Shown here piece after piece: positions 25,627 through 35,639 of a stretch of 36,206 bases of DNA; the first letter of the stretch is position 1; each line of letters starts with the position of its first letter. The stretch comes from a virus (lineage: Duplodnaviria > Caudoviricetes): positions 1 to 36,206 of the IMG/VR virus record IMGVR_UViG_3300020043_002528; one strand, 5' to 3'. The position numbers and the translations under genes were made by a program. Below the pieces are notes generated by a model. It worked only from the letters and a program-made list of their open reading frames with translations. It was not told the origin of the DNA and did not search any database.

Positions 25627-26153
25627 TGAGTGGCATGGAACCGATGCTCATAGGAGCGATGTTAGGTGGTGGCGTATCTGCTGCTAGAGGCGGTAATCCG
25701 CTTAAAGGTGCGTTGTTGGGTGCTGTAGGTGGTGGCATAGGTGGTGCGGCTTTAGGTGCTGGTAATGCGGCTGCTACTGCTGGTATGACTGGCGCTAGTG
25801 CGGTTCCAGTTGGTGCTAGTAGCCTTACAACATTACCCGCTACAGGTGCTACTGGTGTATTTGCTACGCCTACGATGCCTGTTTTTGCGTCAACAGGTGG
25901 ATCAACAGGGCTTATTCCATCGATAACTGCTGCTCCTACGTTAATGGATAGGCTTAGTGCTGCGACCAAGTTTTCACAAGAAAACCCTTTCCAAATGAAT
26001 CTAGCATCAAACGTGATGCAACAAGATGCTCAACGGGATGCACAGCGATTGGCTGAGATGAGAGCTAGATCAGGTTTAATGACTGGTAAGCAAATACCAA
26101 CCATGCCACAGCAAAGATCGAATTTCGGTGTACCGCAGCTTAGTCTTATTTAG
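25626..26153 (+). CDS. Putative ejection protein (Gly/Ala-rich, membrane-interacting)
   Basis: PMLIGAMLGGG...PLKGALLGAVGGG. Confidence 0.6.
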   Translation: MSGMEPMLIGAMLGGGVSAARGGNPLKGALLGAVGGGIGGAALGAGNAAATAGMTGASAVPVGASSLTTLPATGATGVFATPTMPVFASTGGSTGLIPSITAAPTLMDRLSAATKFSQENPFQMNLASNVMQQDAQRDAQRLAEMRARSGLMTGKQIPTMPQQRSNFGVPQLSLI

Positions 26154-26161
26154 GTGACACT

Positions 26162-27598
26162 ATGGCAATAGAAGATTACATTCCTAACATCTTTGGCGGT
26201 GTTCCAGTAGGTTATGAAGGTTTATTAGGTCCTGAACAATCTGCTGCGCTACAAAAACGAGCTAATTTAGCAGGATTGTTAGGTGGCGTAGCTGCTCTAG
26301 CTCAAGGTATGGGTGCTGGTGGTGCGCCACGTTCTCCTTTCCAGAATATAACTTCTGCACTAGCGGCTGGTTTTGGTGGTGCTGGACAGACGTATCAGCA
26401 AGGAATCCAAAACTTAATACAGCAACAGCAATTTGGGGCGCAGCAGCGTCAAATGGCAGGGATTCAGGCGATGAAGCTGAAATATCCTGATCTGGCTGAT
26501 GAGTTTGATACGAATCCAGTTGGTGCTTTCCGTATCGTTGCTGAACGTGAGGCAGCAGAGAGAAAGCCGATTACGCTTAGTGAAAATCAAACAGTTATAA
26601 CGCCACAAGGCAAGGTTATTTTCGCTGGCACACCAAAAGCAAAGGCTGAAATTATCAATTCAGATGAAGCTATTGCGCTTGGATTGCCAGAGGGAGCCGT
26701 TTATCAGAGAAAGCCTACTGGAGAAATTGAGCTTGTCGCTGGAACAACTCCAAAGACAAAAGCAAAAATACTAACTTCAGATGAGGCAACTCAATTCGGC
26801 TTGCCTACTTCTGGTGGTCAAAAATATCAAGTTGATGCAAATGGGAAAATAGATTTAGTACAAGGCACAGCTATTAACAAACCTGCCACAAGCATTGAGG
26901 AATACCAATTTTATGTTTCTCAAGGTGGGAAAAAGACTTATGAGCAGTTCCTAAAAGAAAAAATCCCTAGTACAAATATCAATGTAATGCCTCCGGGTGC
27001 AGTTCCTTTAGGTAAAGAAGGCGCAAACAAAGTAGATACTCAGTTGCTTGAGTTGGGTCAGAATCGCTTGAATCTACAAAGCATTGCATCAAACTTTAAC
27101 CCTAAATATTTGGAAAAGCCATTCCAATTAAAAATGGAGGCTGTTGCTGGTCTAGAAAGGCTTGGAAAAAAGCCAACACCAGAGCAAGCTATTGAATTAA
27201 GAGATTATGCTGAATTTGCTCAAAACTCTTATAACCAGTTAAATAGTTATATAAATATGATTACTGGTGCTGCTGTAGGTTCTGGCGATGAGGAAGCCCG
27301 TATTAGAAAAGGTGTTCCTGATCCGCAGAAAGATAGTCCGACTCAGTTTTTATCAAAGTTACAAGCAAAGATCAGAGAAGGTCGGCTATATGAGGCAAGA
27401 CTTGGATATATTAAGCAAAACGGTTTGAAATTAACTGATGTTGATGTTAATAAAATACCTACATTGATGCGTCAACGTGAGGCAGCGTTAAAGGGTGACA
27501 ATAAATTGTTTGGTGGTAAAGCCTACAATGACAAAGACGCTAATCACAAGGCAATCGTCAGGGCTATTTTGTCGCGTGAATTTGGCTTAATGGAGTAA
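26162..27598 (+). CDS. Putative ejection protein
   Basis: GLLG motifs, Q-rich segment, internal ~39-aa duplication, EEYQFY. Confidence 0.6.
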   Translation: MAIEDYIPNIFGGVPVGYEGLLGPEQSAALQKRANLAGLLGGVAALAQGMGAGGAPRSPFQNITSALAAGFGGAGQTYQQGIQNLIQQQQFGAQQRQMAGIQAMKLKYPDLADEFDTNPVGAFRIVAEREAAERKPITLSENQTVITPQGKVIFAGTPKAKAEIINSDEAIALGLPEGAVYQRKPTGEIELVAGTTPKTKAKILTSDEATQFGLPTSGGQKYQVDANGKIDLVQGTAINKPATSIEEYQFYVSQGGKKTYEQFLKEKIPSTNINVMPPGAVPLGKEGANKVDTQLLELGQNRLNLQSIASNFNPKYLEKPFQLKMEAVAGLERLGKKPTPEQAIELRDYAEFAQNSYNQLNSYINMITGAAVGSGDEEARIRKGVPDPQKDSPTQFLSKLQAKIREGRLYEARLGYIKQNGLKLTDVDVNKIPTLMRQREAALKGDNKLFGGKAYNDKDANHKAIVRAILSREFGLME

Positions 27599-27600
27599 TC

Positions 27601-29637
27601 ATGGCTATTACTGATGAATTGCTTTACGGTGATAGTACAAGTAAACCTGCTGCATCTAGCAATGTAACGGATGAGTTGCTTTATGGGAATAAGGCAACTT
27701 CAGGTAAGCAAGTTGGTTATGGTCAATTTGCGCCGATAGAGCCTATGCCTAAAGCCATATCAGACCCATCTAAGGGCGCGAGTATGGTTACTGCTTTTAT
27801 GGGTGGCATCCCTACAGACAAGCAAGCGGCTGTTAATTATTTTGCTAAACAGCGTGGCATATCTCCGAATAGATACCGCATTATTGATGGTGACATTGCT
27901 TATCAGGCTGATGATGGCAAGTTCTATAAAGAAGTTTCTGGCTTAGGTGCTACTGCTGCTTACTATGCTCCTGATGTAGCAGAGATGGTTCCTGACGTTA
28001 CTGCTGGTGTCGCTTTGGCTCCGTTAGCGATAACAAGCCCAGTAGGTACGGCTGCGGCTGCTACTGGTGTCGGTACTGTTGCTGCTGGAACAAATTATTT
28101 ACGGCAGAAACTTGCACAAAGCATAGCGGGTCAAGAGGTTGATCCGTTTCAAGTAGGTGTTTCTGGCTTATTGTCGGGTGTTGCTGAATTAGCTCCTGCT
28201 GTTCGCAAGGGTTTCCAAGAACGTAGACTGGCGCGGGATATTGCTCAGGTTGATCCTAAGCTAGTTGCATCACTTAGAGCTAAGTCAGGTCAGTATGGAA
28301 TCCCATTAACCCCGGGGGAGTTGACTAACCTATCGTCTTTGTTAGGTCAGCAGAAGGTTATGGGGAATGTTGCTGAATCATCTAAAGTAATGCAGCAGTT
28401 CTATAAAGAAAGAGAAGCTAAGGTACAGAGTGCAGTGGATGACTATCTGTCAACTATTTCTCAGGTAGAGGATGCTGCTGTTGCTGGTAATCGAGGTGTT
28501 GCTGCATTAGAGAGTCAAAAACAGAAGCTAATCGCTGATAGGGATGCAGCCGTTACCCCTATCTATGAAAAGGCATTTGAATTATCTGTTCCTGTTAATA
28601 CTGCTCCAGTATTGAACCAGATTGACAATATGCTAAAGACGCAGCCTCCTACTGGTCGTGCTGCTGGTTATTTGCGAAAAATAAAAGATTTGCTGCAAAA
28701 GCCAGAAATTGATGCAGAAGGTAATACCTTAAAGACATTTGTTCCAGAAGACCGCCTTCCTAATTTGCAAAACTCAAAGTTCGAGATTGACGCGATGTTC
28801 AAGGAAGATGCGTTTAGTTCTTTAGATAAGACGGTTCAGGCAAAGCTAACAGCAATCAAGAACAACCTGCTAGAACAGATGGGTAAGGAGAACCCTGACT
28901 ACATTGCTGCGAATAGAGCATTTGAGAGACTATCTCAGCCTATTAACGAGTTCAATGAGCGTATTACAGGCGTTTCGTTGATGCAGATGTCTCCTGACAA
29001 TCTGAAGAACTTTGCAAACCGTATATTTGCTAATCCAAGTCCGGGAACGATCCGTTACGCTAAACAGCAGATTGTTGCTGGTGGTGGCGAGGAAGCATGG
29101 AACGCTGTAACTAGGGCTTTCCTAGAGGAGCAATGGACACTAGCTAAGAAGCCAGCAAAGACTCAGCAAGGTCTAAAGTTAGATACTGGTAATACTTGGC
29201 AAAACATTATTATCGGCGATCCTAAGCAGATGAAGGCTATGCAAGCCGCATTGTCGCCAGATCAATTTAAGGCATTGCGTGATTTAGCTGAGGTTTTAGA
29301 GGCTGCTGGAAGGGCTAAGAAACTAGGTTCAGATACGGCATTTAATCAGCTAGTGACTGAGGAAATGTTTAAGAATCCTCCTATTACAAGCATTACAACC
29401 GGTGTTGCTAGAACTGTTGGCGGGATTAAACTAGATCAACCTGCTAAGGTCTTGGCAGATTGGGCTATCCGTAAAGATGCTGCTGTAAATGCTGAACAAA
29501 TTGCTAAAATTATAACAAGTCCAGACGGAATTAACAGACTCAAAGAATTGCGGAAAATGTCTCCTACATCGGCAAAACGTTGGGCTGGCACTGCTCAATT
29601 ATTAACTGATTACGGAATGTTAGAGTCAAGGGAATAA
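27601..29637 (+). CDS. Large putative ejection/DNA-transfer protein
   Basis: 678 aa, helical, hydrophobic Ala/Gly segment, GIPLTPG, GSDTAF. Confidence 0.6.
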   Translation: MAITDELLYGDSTSKPAASSNVTDELLYGNKATSGKQVGYGQFAPIEPMPKAISDPSKGASMVTAFMGGIPTDKQAAVNYFAKQRGISPNRYRIIDGDIAYQADDGKFYKEVSGLGATAAYYAPDVAEMVPDVTAGVALAPLAITSPVGTAAAATGVGTVAAGTNYLRQKLAQSIAGQEVDPFQVGVSGLLSGVAELAPAVRKGFQERRLARDIAQVDPKLVASLRAKSGQYGIPLTPGELTNLSSLLGQQKVMGNVAESSKVMQQFYKEREAKVQSAVDDYLSTISQVEDAAVAGNRGVAALESQKQKLIADRDAAVTPIYEKAFELSVPVNTAPVLNQIDNMLKTQPPTGRAAGYLRKIKDLLQKPEIDAEGNTLKTFVPEDRLPNLQNSKFEIDAMFKEDAFSSLDKTVQAKLTAIKNNLLEQMGKENPDYIAANRAFERLSQPINEFNERITGVSLMQMSPDNLKNFANRIFANPSPGTIRYAKQQIVAGGGEEAWNAVTRAFLEEQWTLAKKPAKTQQGLKLDTGNTWQNIIIGDPKQMKAMQAALSPDQFKALRDLAEVLEAAGRAKKLGSDTAFNQLVTEEMFKNPPITSITTGVARTVGGIKLDQPAKVLADWAIRKDAAVNAEQIAKIITSPDGINRLKELRKMSPTSAKRWAGTAQLLTDYGMLESRE

Positions 29638-29639
29638 TC

Positions 29640-30542
29640 ATGCCAAAGACAAAGATTAGCGAGTACAACTCGAACCAAGCACTAAACACAGACATCAATA
29701 GCATTAACATTGATGAAGGCTGTGCGCCTAGTGGCATTAACGATGCTATCCGTACTTTGATGGCACAGTTAAAGAATTTCCAAGACGGTAGCTCTGGAGA
29801 TAATTTAACTAATACTGGCAACCTGATCCCGACAAAGATTCGTTCAGGTTCATCTACGGATTACACTATTGCTGGTGCTACAACGACTAACCATATTCTT
29901 AACGGTACGAGCGTAGCAGGTAGCTTGACCGAGATTATGTGGGAGGCTAGTGCTAACGGTGCTGATCTCCGTATGCTGAAGTCTCGCGGTGCTTCTATCG
30001 GTACTAATACGATTGTTCAGTCTGGTGATGCTCTAGGTCAGATTCGATTCGCTGGTGCTGACGGTACTGCTTTTGATGAAGCAGCTAAGGTAATGGTTAA
30101 GGTTGATGGGAACCCTAGCACTACCAGTATGCCAGGGCGTATTGAAACTTACACTACAGGGTCGCTATCGACGACTCCTACTCTGCGGACTACGGTTGAC
30201 TCAAAGGGTAACTTAGTCCTGAATAGTGGTGCAATTATCGAGCGTCGAGAGGCTGTATCTGCGTCTGATATTGATTTGTCTAAGGGTAATTACTTTACCA
30301 AGACCATTAGCGGAACCACGACGTTTACTGTATCTAATGTTCCGACTTCAGGAAGTGTGGCTAGTATTATCCTAGACCTAACGAACGGTGGTTCTGCAAC
30401 GATTACATGGTGGTCTGGCACTAAGTGGGTAGGTGGAACTGCTCCTACGCTTACTACTAGCGGTAGAGATGTCTTAGGATTCTTTACTCACGATGGTGGT
30501 ACTACTTGGTCAGGTTTTGTAATCGGCAAGGATGTTAAATAA
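29640..30542 (+). CDS. Tail fibre protein
   Basis: NIDEGCAPSGINDAIR attachment-like N-terminus; C-terminal IDLSKGNYF...APTLT..DVLGF..DGGTTW domain. Confidence 0.75.
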   Translation: MPKTKISEYNSNQALNTDINSINIDEGCAPSGINDAIRTLMAQLKNFQDGSSGDNLTNTGNLIPTKIRSGSSTDYTIAGATTTNHILNGTSVAGSLTEIMWEASANGADLRMLKSRGASIGTNTIVQSGDALGQIRFAGADGTAFDEAAKVMVKVDGNPSTTSMPGRIETYTTGSLSTTPTLRTTVDSKGNLVLNSGAIIERREAVSASDIDLSKGNYFTKTISGTTTFTVSNVPTSGSVASIILDLTNGGSATITWWSGTKWVGGTAPTLTTSGRDVLGFFTHDGGTTWSGFVIGKDVK

Positions 30543-32578
30543 TGGCAGCGCATGATCTGTTAATGGCTGCTGCTGGTGGTAGCAAAGAACCAAAGGTTCT
30601 TGCCTTTGCTCATTCTGGATCACCGGGTGTAACAGCATTTTCGTGGACTAAAACAGGATTTTCTGGAGTTTATTCACAACCAGCAACCATACCTGTTGGG
30701 AATGGAAATGGAATAGCTTTTAGTCCTTCTAGGACAGTCGTAGCTGTTGCTCATTCTGGATCGCCGTATGTAAGTGCCTATCCTTGGACTTCATCAGGTT
30801 TTGGAACTAAATTTAGTAATCCTGTTACAGCGGTAGCAAATAATGGGAACACTGTTTCTTTTAGCCCTGCGGAAGATGCAATAGCAATAGGAAGCAGTAG
30901 CTCTCCATTTATCCAAGTATATCCCTGGTCAAGTTCTGGCTTTGGCACTAAATTTGCCAATCCTGCTACATTGCCACCAAATAATGTTCAAGGAGTTTCA
31001 TTTAATCCTGCGGGAACAGCTATAGCAGTTGCTCATCAGACTACGCCGTTTATTAGTGTTTATCCTTGGTCTAGTAGTGGATTCGGTACTAAATTTTCTA
31101 ATCCAGCAACATTGCCTACTGGTGATGCTACAGGAGTAGCATTTAGTCCGGCTGGAACTGAGATAGCTGTTACCCATTTAACTGCTCCTGCTATAACTGC
31201 ATATCGTTGGAGTGGTTCTGGATTTGGAACTAAGTTTTCTAATCCAGCAACTTTACCTACTGTTAATGGTACAGGGGTAGCATTTAGTCCTTCTGGAACA
31301 GAAATAGCTGTTACCCATAGTGCATCACCTTATGTTACTGCATATCCTTGGTCAAGCTCAGGTTTTGGTACTAAGTTTAGCAATCCATCACCCGGATTAA
31401 CAAATAACGCACTATCTGTAGCTTTTAGTCCTGATGGATTTGCTATTGCAATAGGAACCGCGCTTAATGCTGATGCTTCTTATAATATATATGCTTGGTC
31501 ATCTAGCGGTTTTGGAACAAAATTTAATGATAGTGCGAAATTACCCAATGATACTAATGGTGTCGCATGGGGAACTATAGGAACTCCACAATCGCAAAAT
31601 TATCTTGCATTTGCTGGAGCAACAACTGCGCTAAATTTATATATTTATAAAACTGGTACTGCTGCTACTTTAGAATATGCAGGTGCGTCGAGTGTTCCAT
31701 CTGGACCAAATAGAGTAAGAATCAGCCCTAATAATAATTCTATTGCATTTGTATCTGATAGTACGCAATATGTAACTGCATATCCTTTATCTATTAATGG
31801 ATTTGGAACTAAATATTCTAATCCTGCAACACTTCCAGCTAGTGCTAGTAAAGGAGTTGCTTTTTCTCCATCTAGTGATGCAATAGCTGTAGCTCACGAC
31901 AACACGCCATTCGTTACTGCGTACCCTTGGTCTAGTTCTGGTTTTGGTACTAAATTTAGTAATCCATCAACATTGCCAACTGGTAACGCCAAAGATGTTG
32001 TATTTAATCCTGCGGGAACAGCCATAGCGGTTGCTCATGCTACTACACCATTTATTTCTGTATATGCTTGGTCAAGTAGTGGCTTTGGTAGTAAATTCGC
32101 TAATCCAGCAACTTTACCTACTGGTCAAGGAAATGGGGTCGCATTTAGTCCAGCAGGAACAGAAATTGCTGTAGCTCATACAACTACGCCGTTTGTAAGT
32201 GCATATCCTTGGTCTGGCAGTGGTTTTGGTACTAAGTTTAGTAATCCTGCGACTTTACCGGGTACTACTGGATTATCTTTGGCTTTTAGTCCGGCTGGAA
32301 CAGAAATAGCTATAGGATCAACAGGAACCCCATTTATTCAGTCATATCCTTGGTCTAGTTCTGGTTTTGGAGCAAAATTTAGTAATCCTGCTACATTACC
32401 CGGCGATGCTGTTAATGATGTGGCATTTTCTGCTGATGGTTTAACATTAGGATTAGCTGTAACAGCAACAAGTGGATCAAATAGGTTATATAACTGGTCT
32501 AGTTCTGGATTTGGTTCATTGATACAAAGTCTTACTGGCACTCGTCGTGGTGTTGCTTTTGGTACTTATAACCCTTAA
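30542..32578 (+). CDS. Receptor-binding protein with 14 beta-propeller blades
   Basis: ~45-aa repeat FSPAGTEIAVAH..PF..AYPWSSSGFGTKFSNPATLP x14. Confidence 0.8.
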   Translation: MAAHDLLMAAAGGSKEPKVLAFAHSGSPGVTAFSWTKTGFSGVYSQPATIPVGNGNGIAFSPSRTVVAVAHSGSPYVSAYPWTSSGFGTKFSNPVTAVANNGNTVSFSPAEDAIAIGSSSSPFIQVYPWSSSGFGTKFANPATLPPNNVQGVSFNPAGTAIAVAHQTTPFISVYPWSSSGFGTKFSNPATLPTGDATGVAFSPAGTEIAVTHLTAPAITAYRWSGSGFGTKFSNPATLPTVNGTGVAFSPSGTEIAVTHSASPYVTAYPWSSSGFGTKFSNPSPGLTNNALSVAFSPDGFAIAIGTALNADASYNIYAWSSSGFGTKFNDSAKLPNDTNGVAWGTIGTPQSQNYLAFAGATTALNLYIYKTGTAATLEYAGASSVPSGPNRVRISPNNNSIAFVSDSTQYVTAYPLSINGFGTKYSNPATLPASASKGVAFSPSSDAIAVAHDNTPFVTAYPWSSSGFGTKFSNPSTLPTGNAKDVVFNPAGTAIAVAHATTPFISVYAWSSSGFGSKFANPATLPTGQGNGVAFSPAGTEIAVAHTTTPFVSAYPWSGSGFGTKFSNPATLPGTTGLSLAFSPAGTEIAIGSTGTPFIQSYPWSSSGFGAKFSNPATLPGDAVNDVAFSADGLTLGLAVTATSGSNRLYNWSSSGFGSLIQSLTGTRRGVAFGTYNP

Positions 32579-32589
32579 TTGGAGGATTT

Positions 32590-32841
32590 GTGGAAGAAAA
32601 AATGACTCGGCAAGATATTCTGGTGAAATCGCTTGATGCTCGTGAGCAAGAAGTGATGCACTATCAGATCAACATAGACAATTACACACTAGCCATAGCG
32701 GAAATAGAAAGTATGTCTCCTGATGATCGAGCCGAATTATCCGCATTTTCTGAGCAACTTCGTACTTTATTGGCATCAGAGAAATTAGAGCAAAAGAAAG
32801 CCAAAGTCATGTTGGCTGTTATCAAAAAGCAAATGGAGTAA
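32590..32841 (+). CDS. Small helical protein (possible fibre chaperone)
   Basis: GGAGG RBS, GTG start; YQINIDNY. Confidence 0.7.
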   Translation: MEEKMTRQDILVKSLDAREQEVMHYQINIDNYTLAIAEIESMSPDDRAELSAFSEQLRTLLASEKLEQKKAKVMLAVIKKQME

Positions 32842-32844
32842 GCT

Positions 32845-33282
32845 ATGTTTGCACTTGTACAAGATGGTGCGTTAGTAAGGTATCCATATACTCTTACTGA
32901 CTTACGTTTAGCGAACCAGAATGTTAGCTTTGCGGCTAACGTAGATGATGAGACTTTGGCATCATTTGGGATGGTTCGGGTAATTACTGTGGATCGTCCT
33001 AACGTAACGGATGGTCAGGTTGTAGAAGAAGGTCAGCCAATATTTAGTGATGGTAATTGGGTTCAAACATGGGTAGTTCGTGACCTTAGTGAGCAAGAAG
33101 TCCAGCAGCGTATGGATGCTGTTCGTAACGAGCGTAATTCGTTACTAGCTGCTTCTGACTGGACTCAACTAGCTGATGCTACCGTTGATAAGGCTGCTTG
33201 GGCTGTTTATCGTCAGGCATTGCGGGATATTCCACAACAGGCTGGATTCCCCTACAATGTTACTTACCCTGTAACTCCATAA
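32845..33282 (+). CDS. Tail fibre assembly chaperone
   Basis: VRNERNSLLAASDWTQLAD...WAVYRQALRDIPQQAGFP. Confidence 0.85.
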   Translation: MFALVQDGALVRYPYTLTDLRLANQNVSFAANVDDETLASFGMVRVITVDRPNVTDGQVVEEGQPIFSDGNWVQTWVVRDLSEQEVQQRMDAVRNERNSLLAASDWTQLADATVDKAAWAVYRQALRDIPQQAGFPYNVTYPVTP

Positions 33283-33292
33283 GGGGCTGAAA

Positions 33293-33937
33293 ATGTCTGG
33301 TCAAGGCGCAGCACCAACTAACGCTATGCAAGCGTATCCTCAGCAGGCTAGGTTTGCTCCTAACCCATTTACCCTGAACAAGCCTTCTGGTGGGATGTTC
33401 CAGCAGCCAATGATGCAATTTGGTATGCCTATGGCTATGCTTCAGAGTTATGGTCAGTATGGCGGCTATGTGCCACCTACTCAACCTGCGTTCACTCGTC
33501 CACAAAATGCGACTGTAACGACTACTCAGGCTGAACAGACTCCAGGTTATGTTCCTGCTGCTCCTGTAACTACAGTTACTTATACAGAAGAACCTAATCA
33601 ACCAGTATTTCAAGGTGGATCGGCACAGTTTGCTGGTCCTATCACGTTAAATAAGGCTCAACAGCGTGGTAGAGAGCTAGTTTCTGGTAGTCCATTTCAG
33701 TTTACGGCTCCTACTAATGTCAGTCTGCGTCAAGGCTTAGGTGCTGATCTACAGGCTCTGCAAGGGCAATTTGTGCCTTCCAGCGCAAATTTATACAATA
33801 GACGCGGTAAGTTAATTAGCGGCGCGGCTAGAAATTACAATCAACAAATGGCAGCTCTCTCGACTAATCAAGATTATCAAAAAGCAGTAAGAGACTTGAT
33901 GCAGCGTGAGGGTCTTGGTGGATTATTAGGTGCTTAA
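33293..33937 (+). CDS. Gln/Pro-rich low-complexity protein ending GGLLGA
   Basis: 214-aa ORF with GGGG RBS. Confidence 0.7.
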   Translation: MSGQGAAPTNAMQAYPQQARFAPNPFTLNKPSGGMFQQPMMQFGMPMAMLQSYGQYGGYVPPTQPAFTRPQNATVTTTQAEQTPGYVPAAPVTTVTYTEEPNQPVFQGGSAQFAGPITLNKAQQRGRELVSGSPFQFTAPTNVSLRQGLGADLQALQGQFVPSSANLYNRRGKLISGAARNYNQQMAALSTNQDYQKAVRDLMQREGLGGLLGA

Positions 33938-33938
33938 A

Positions 33939-34145
33939 ATGTCTGATATTGATCCTAAAGAGTTTGGTGCGTTACAGGCTGATGTTCGTACTTTAATCAA
34001 CGAAATCCATATGCTGCGTCAGGAAATGGCACAGGTTAATGCCGTTATCAACAAAAGCAAAGGTGCTATGTATATGCTAATGGCTTCCTCTGGATTGGTG
34101 GGCTCTGCATTTACTATCTTTGTAACGAAAGCATTTGGTCTATAA
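33939..34145 (+). CDS. Coiled-coil plus C-terminal TM protein (holin/antiholin-like)
   Basis: IDPKEFGALQADV...KGAMYMLMASSGLVGSAFTIFV. Confidence 0.65.
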   Translation: MSDIDPKEFGALQADVRTLINEIHMLRQEMAQVNAVINKSKGAMYMLMASSGLVGSAFTIFVTKAFGL

Positions 34146-34148
34146 GAT

Positions 34149-34847
34149 GTGATCGACCCTGTAACAATTGCTGCGGCTTATAAGGCTTGTACTACAGCGA
34201 TTGATCTAGCAAAGAAGGGTGTAGAGCTTTACAAGCAGATTAAAAACACTAGCGGTGACGTTAGTGATGTACTTAAAGACTTAAAAGAGCAGTATCACAA
34301 GATCGTTAATCCTAGTCCTGAGCAGAAGAAGCAATATAACGAAGAAGTTAAAAGAGTTCAGGAAGTAGCTAAGTCAACCCCTGACGATGTACTTAACGAT
34401 ATATGGTCTAACCTTGGCAACTTTATCGATCAGTACGAAGCATTAGCAAAGATATATGTCCAGAGTGAGGCTGAGTCAAAAGAGGTATATCGAGGTGATT
34501 TATCGTTAGGACGTAGAGCATTAGAGCGAATCCGTTTGGAGTCTAAGCTAAACGAGATGCTGGCACAGGTTAGAGAACAGATGGTCTATAACACGCCACC
34601 AGAGCTAGGATCGGTATGGTCTAGGTTTGAAAAGGCTTGGGTAGATATACAGAATGAGCAGGCTGATGCACTAGCAATAGAGACTAGGAAAGTTCAGGCG
34701 GCTAGATGGCAACGAAGAAGGGCGATAAATCGCCTCAAAAGTCGGCTGGTATGGATTGGAGCAGTCGTGTTCGTAATAGTGTGGGCAGTGGGTCTGATGT
34801 GGCTAATAACTCAAAGCGCGATTCAGAAGATGTACCTTGGGCTTTGA
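34149..34847 (+). CDS. Membrane-anchored helical protein
   Basis: MIDPVTI start, coiled coil, C-terminal TM helix. Confidence 0.7.
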   Translation: MIDPVTIAAAYKACTTAIDLAKKGVELYKQIKNTSGDVSDVLKDLKEQYHKIVNPSPEQKKQYNEEVKRVQEVAKSTPDDVLNDIWSNLGNFIDQYEALAKIYVQSEAESKEVYRGDLSLGRRALERIRLESKLNEMLAQVREQMVYNTPPELGSVWSRFEKAWVDIQNEQADALAIETRKVQAARWQRRRAINRLKSRLVWIGAVVFVIVWAVGLMWLITQSAIQKMYLGL

Positions 34848-35011
34848 TTACAGTAGTAATGGCTGTGATCCTGATGTTCTTTATCGTCATGCCTGTATTA
34901 GCGTTCATGTACTATGATATGGTAATGGCAACAAATGCTGCGGTGCATGAAGTTAAAAAGATGCAGCAACTAAGACGAGAAATCCTAGAGGAACGGATGT
35001 ATGGTCGATAG
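34799..35011 (+). CDS. Single-TM membrane protein (start uncertain)
   Basis: WALITVVMAVILMFFIVMPVLAFMYY. Confidence 0.6.
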   Translation: MANNSKRDSEDVPWALITVVMAVILMFFIVMPVLAFMYYDMVMATNAAVHEVKKMQQLRREILEERMYGR

Positions 35012-35639
35012 AAAAGCGTTCAAAGCCTTTATTCCTCATTCTAAGTACGCAGATCATTGGTATGAGGCTCTGTTTGGCTCACAGACAGAGTTAGGTGGTA
35101 AATCACTCCTCGAAGAATACGAGATTACGACTCCACAACGAATAGCTGCTTTCCTAGCCCAATGCCACCATGAGTCAGGTGGATTTGTCTGGCTCACAGA
35201 GAACCTGAACTATAGTGCTTTAGGACTTCTTAAAGTATTCCCTAAATATTTTCAGACAGACTCACAGGCTAAGTCCTACGCTAAACAGCCGGACAAAATA
35301 GCTAATTACGTCTATGCGAACCGTATGGGTAACGGTGATGAAGCCTCTGGAGATGGTGCTAGGTACAAGGGTCGAGGATTGATCCAGCTAACAGGCAAGG
35401 ATAATTACTTCTGGTTTGCTGCTTCCTTAGAGATGACTCCAGAACAAGCCTCAGAATATACACAGACGTTTGAAGGTGCTTCTCAGTCTGCTTGTTGGTT
35501 TTGGGAGACTAATAAGCTCAATCGATTCGCTGATACCGGAGACTTGAGAGGCATGACGAAGGTGATTAACGGTGGTTACAAGGGAATGGAAGATAGAGAG
35601 GCTCAGTATGCGCGTGCTTTACGTTTGCTTGGTGCTTAG
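35001..35639 (+). CDS. Glycoside hydrolase family 19 endolysin
   Basis: AAFLAQCHHESGGF..LTENLNYS, YKGRGLIQLTGKDNY, TKVINGG. Confidence 0.93.
   Translation: MVDRKAFKAFIPHSKYADHWYEALFGSQTELGGKSLLEEYEITTPQRIAAFLAQCHHESGGFVWLTENLNYSALGLLKVFPKYFQTDSQAKSYAKQPDKIANYVYANRMGNGDEASGDGARYKGRGLIQLTGKDNYFWFAASLEMTPEQASEYTQTFEGASQSACWFWETNKLNRFADTGDLRGMTKVINGGYKGMEDREAQYARALRLLGA

Noticed and set aside
30542-32578. Diversity-generating retroelement or CRISPR-like array in the repeats
   Set aside because: No reverse transcriptase; the repeats are in-frame protein blades with synonymous differences, not adenine-specific TR/VR pairs or repeat-spacer units.
8316-33613. Numerous minus-strand ORFs in the track opposite late genes
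   Set aside because: They are shadows of well-supported plus-strand genes, without RBS or recognisable motifs.
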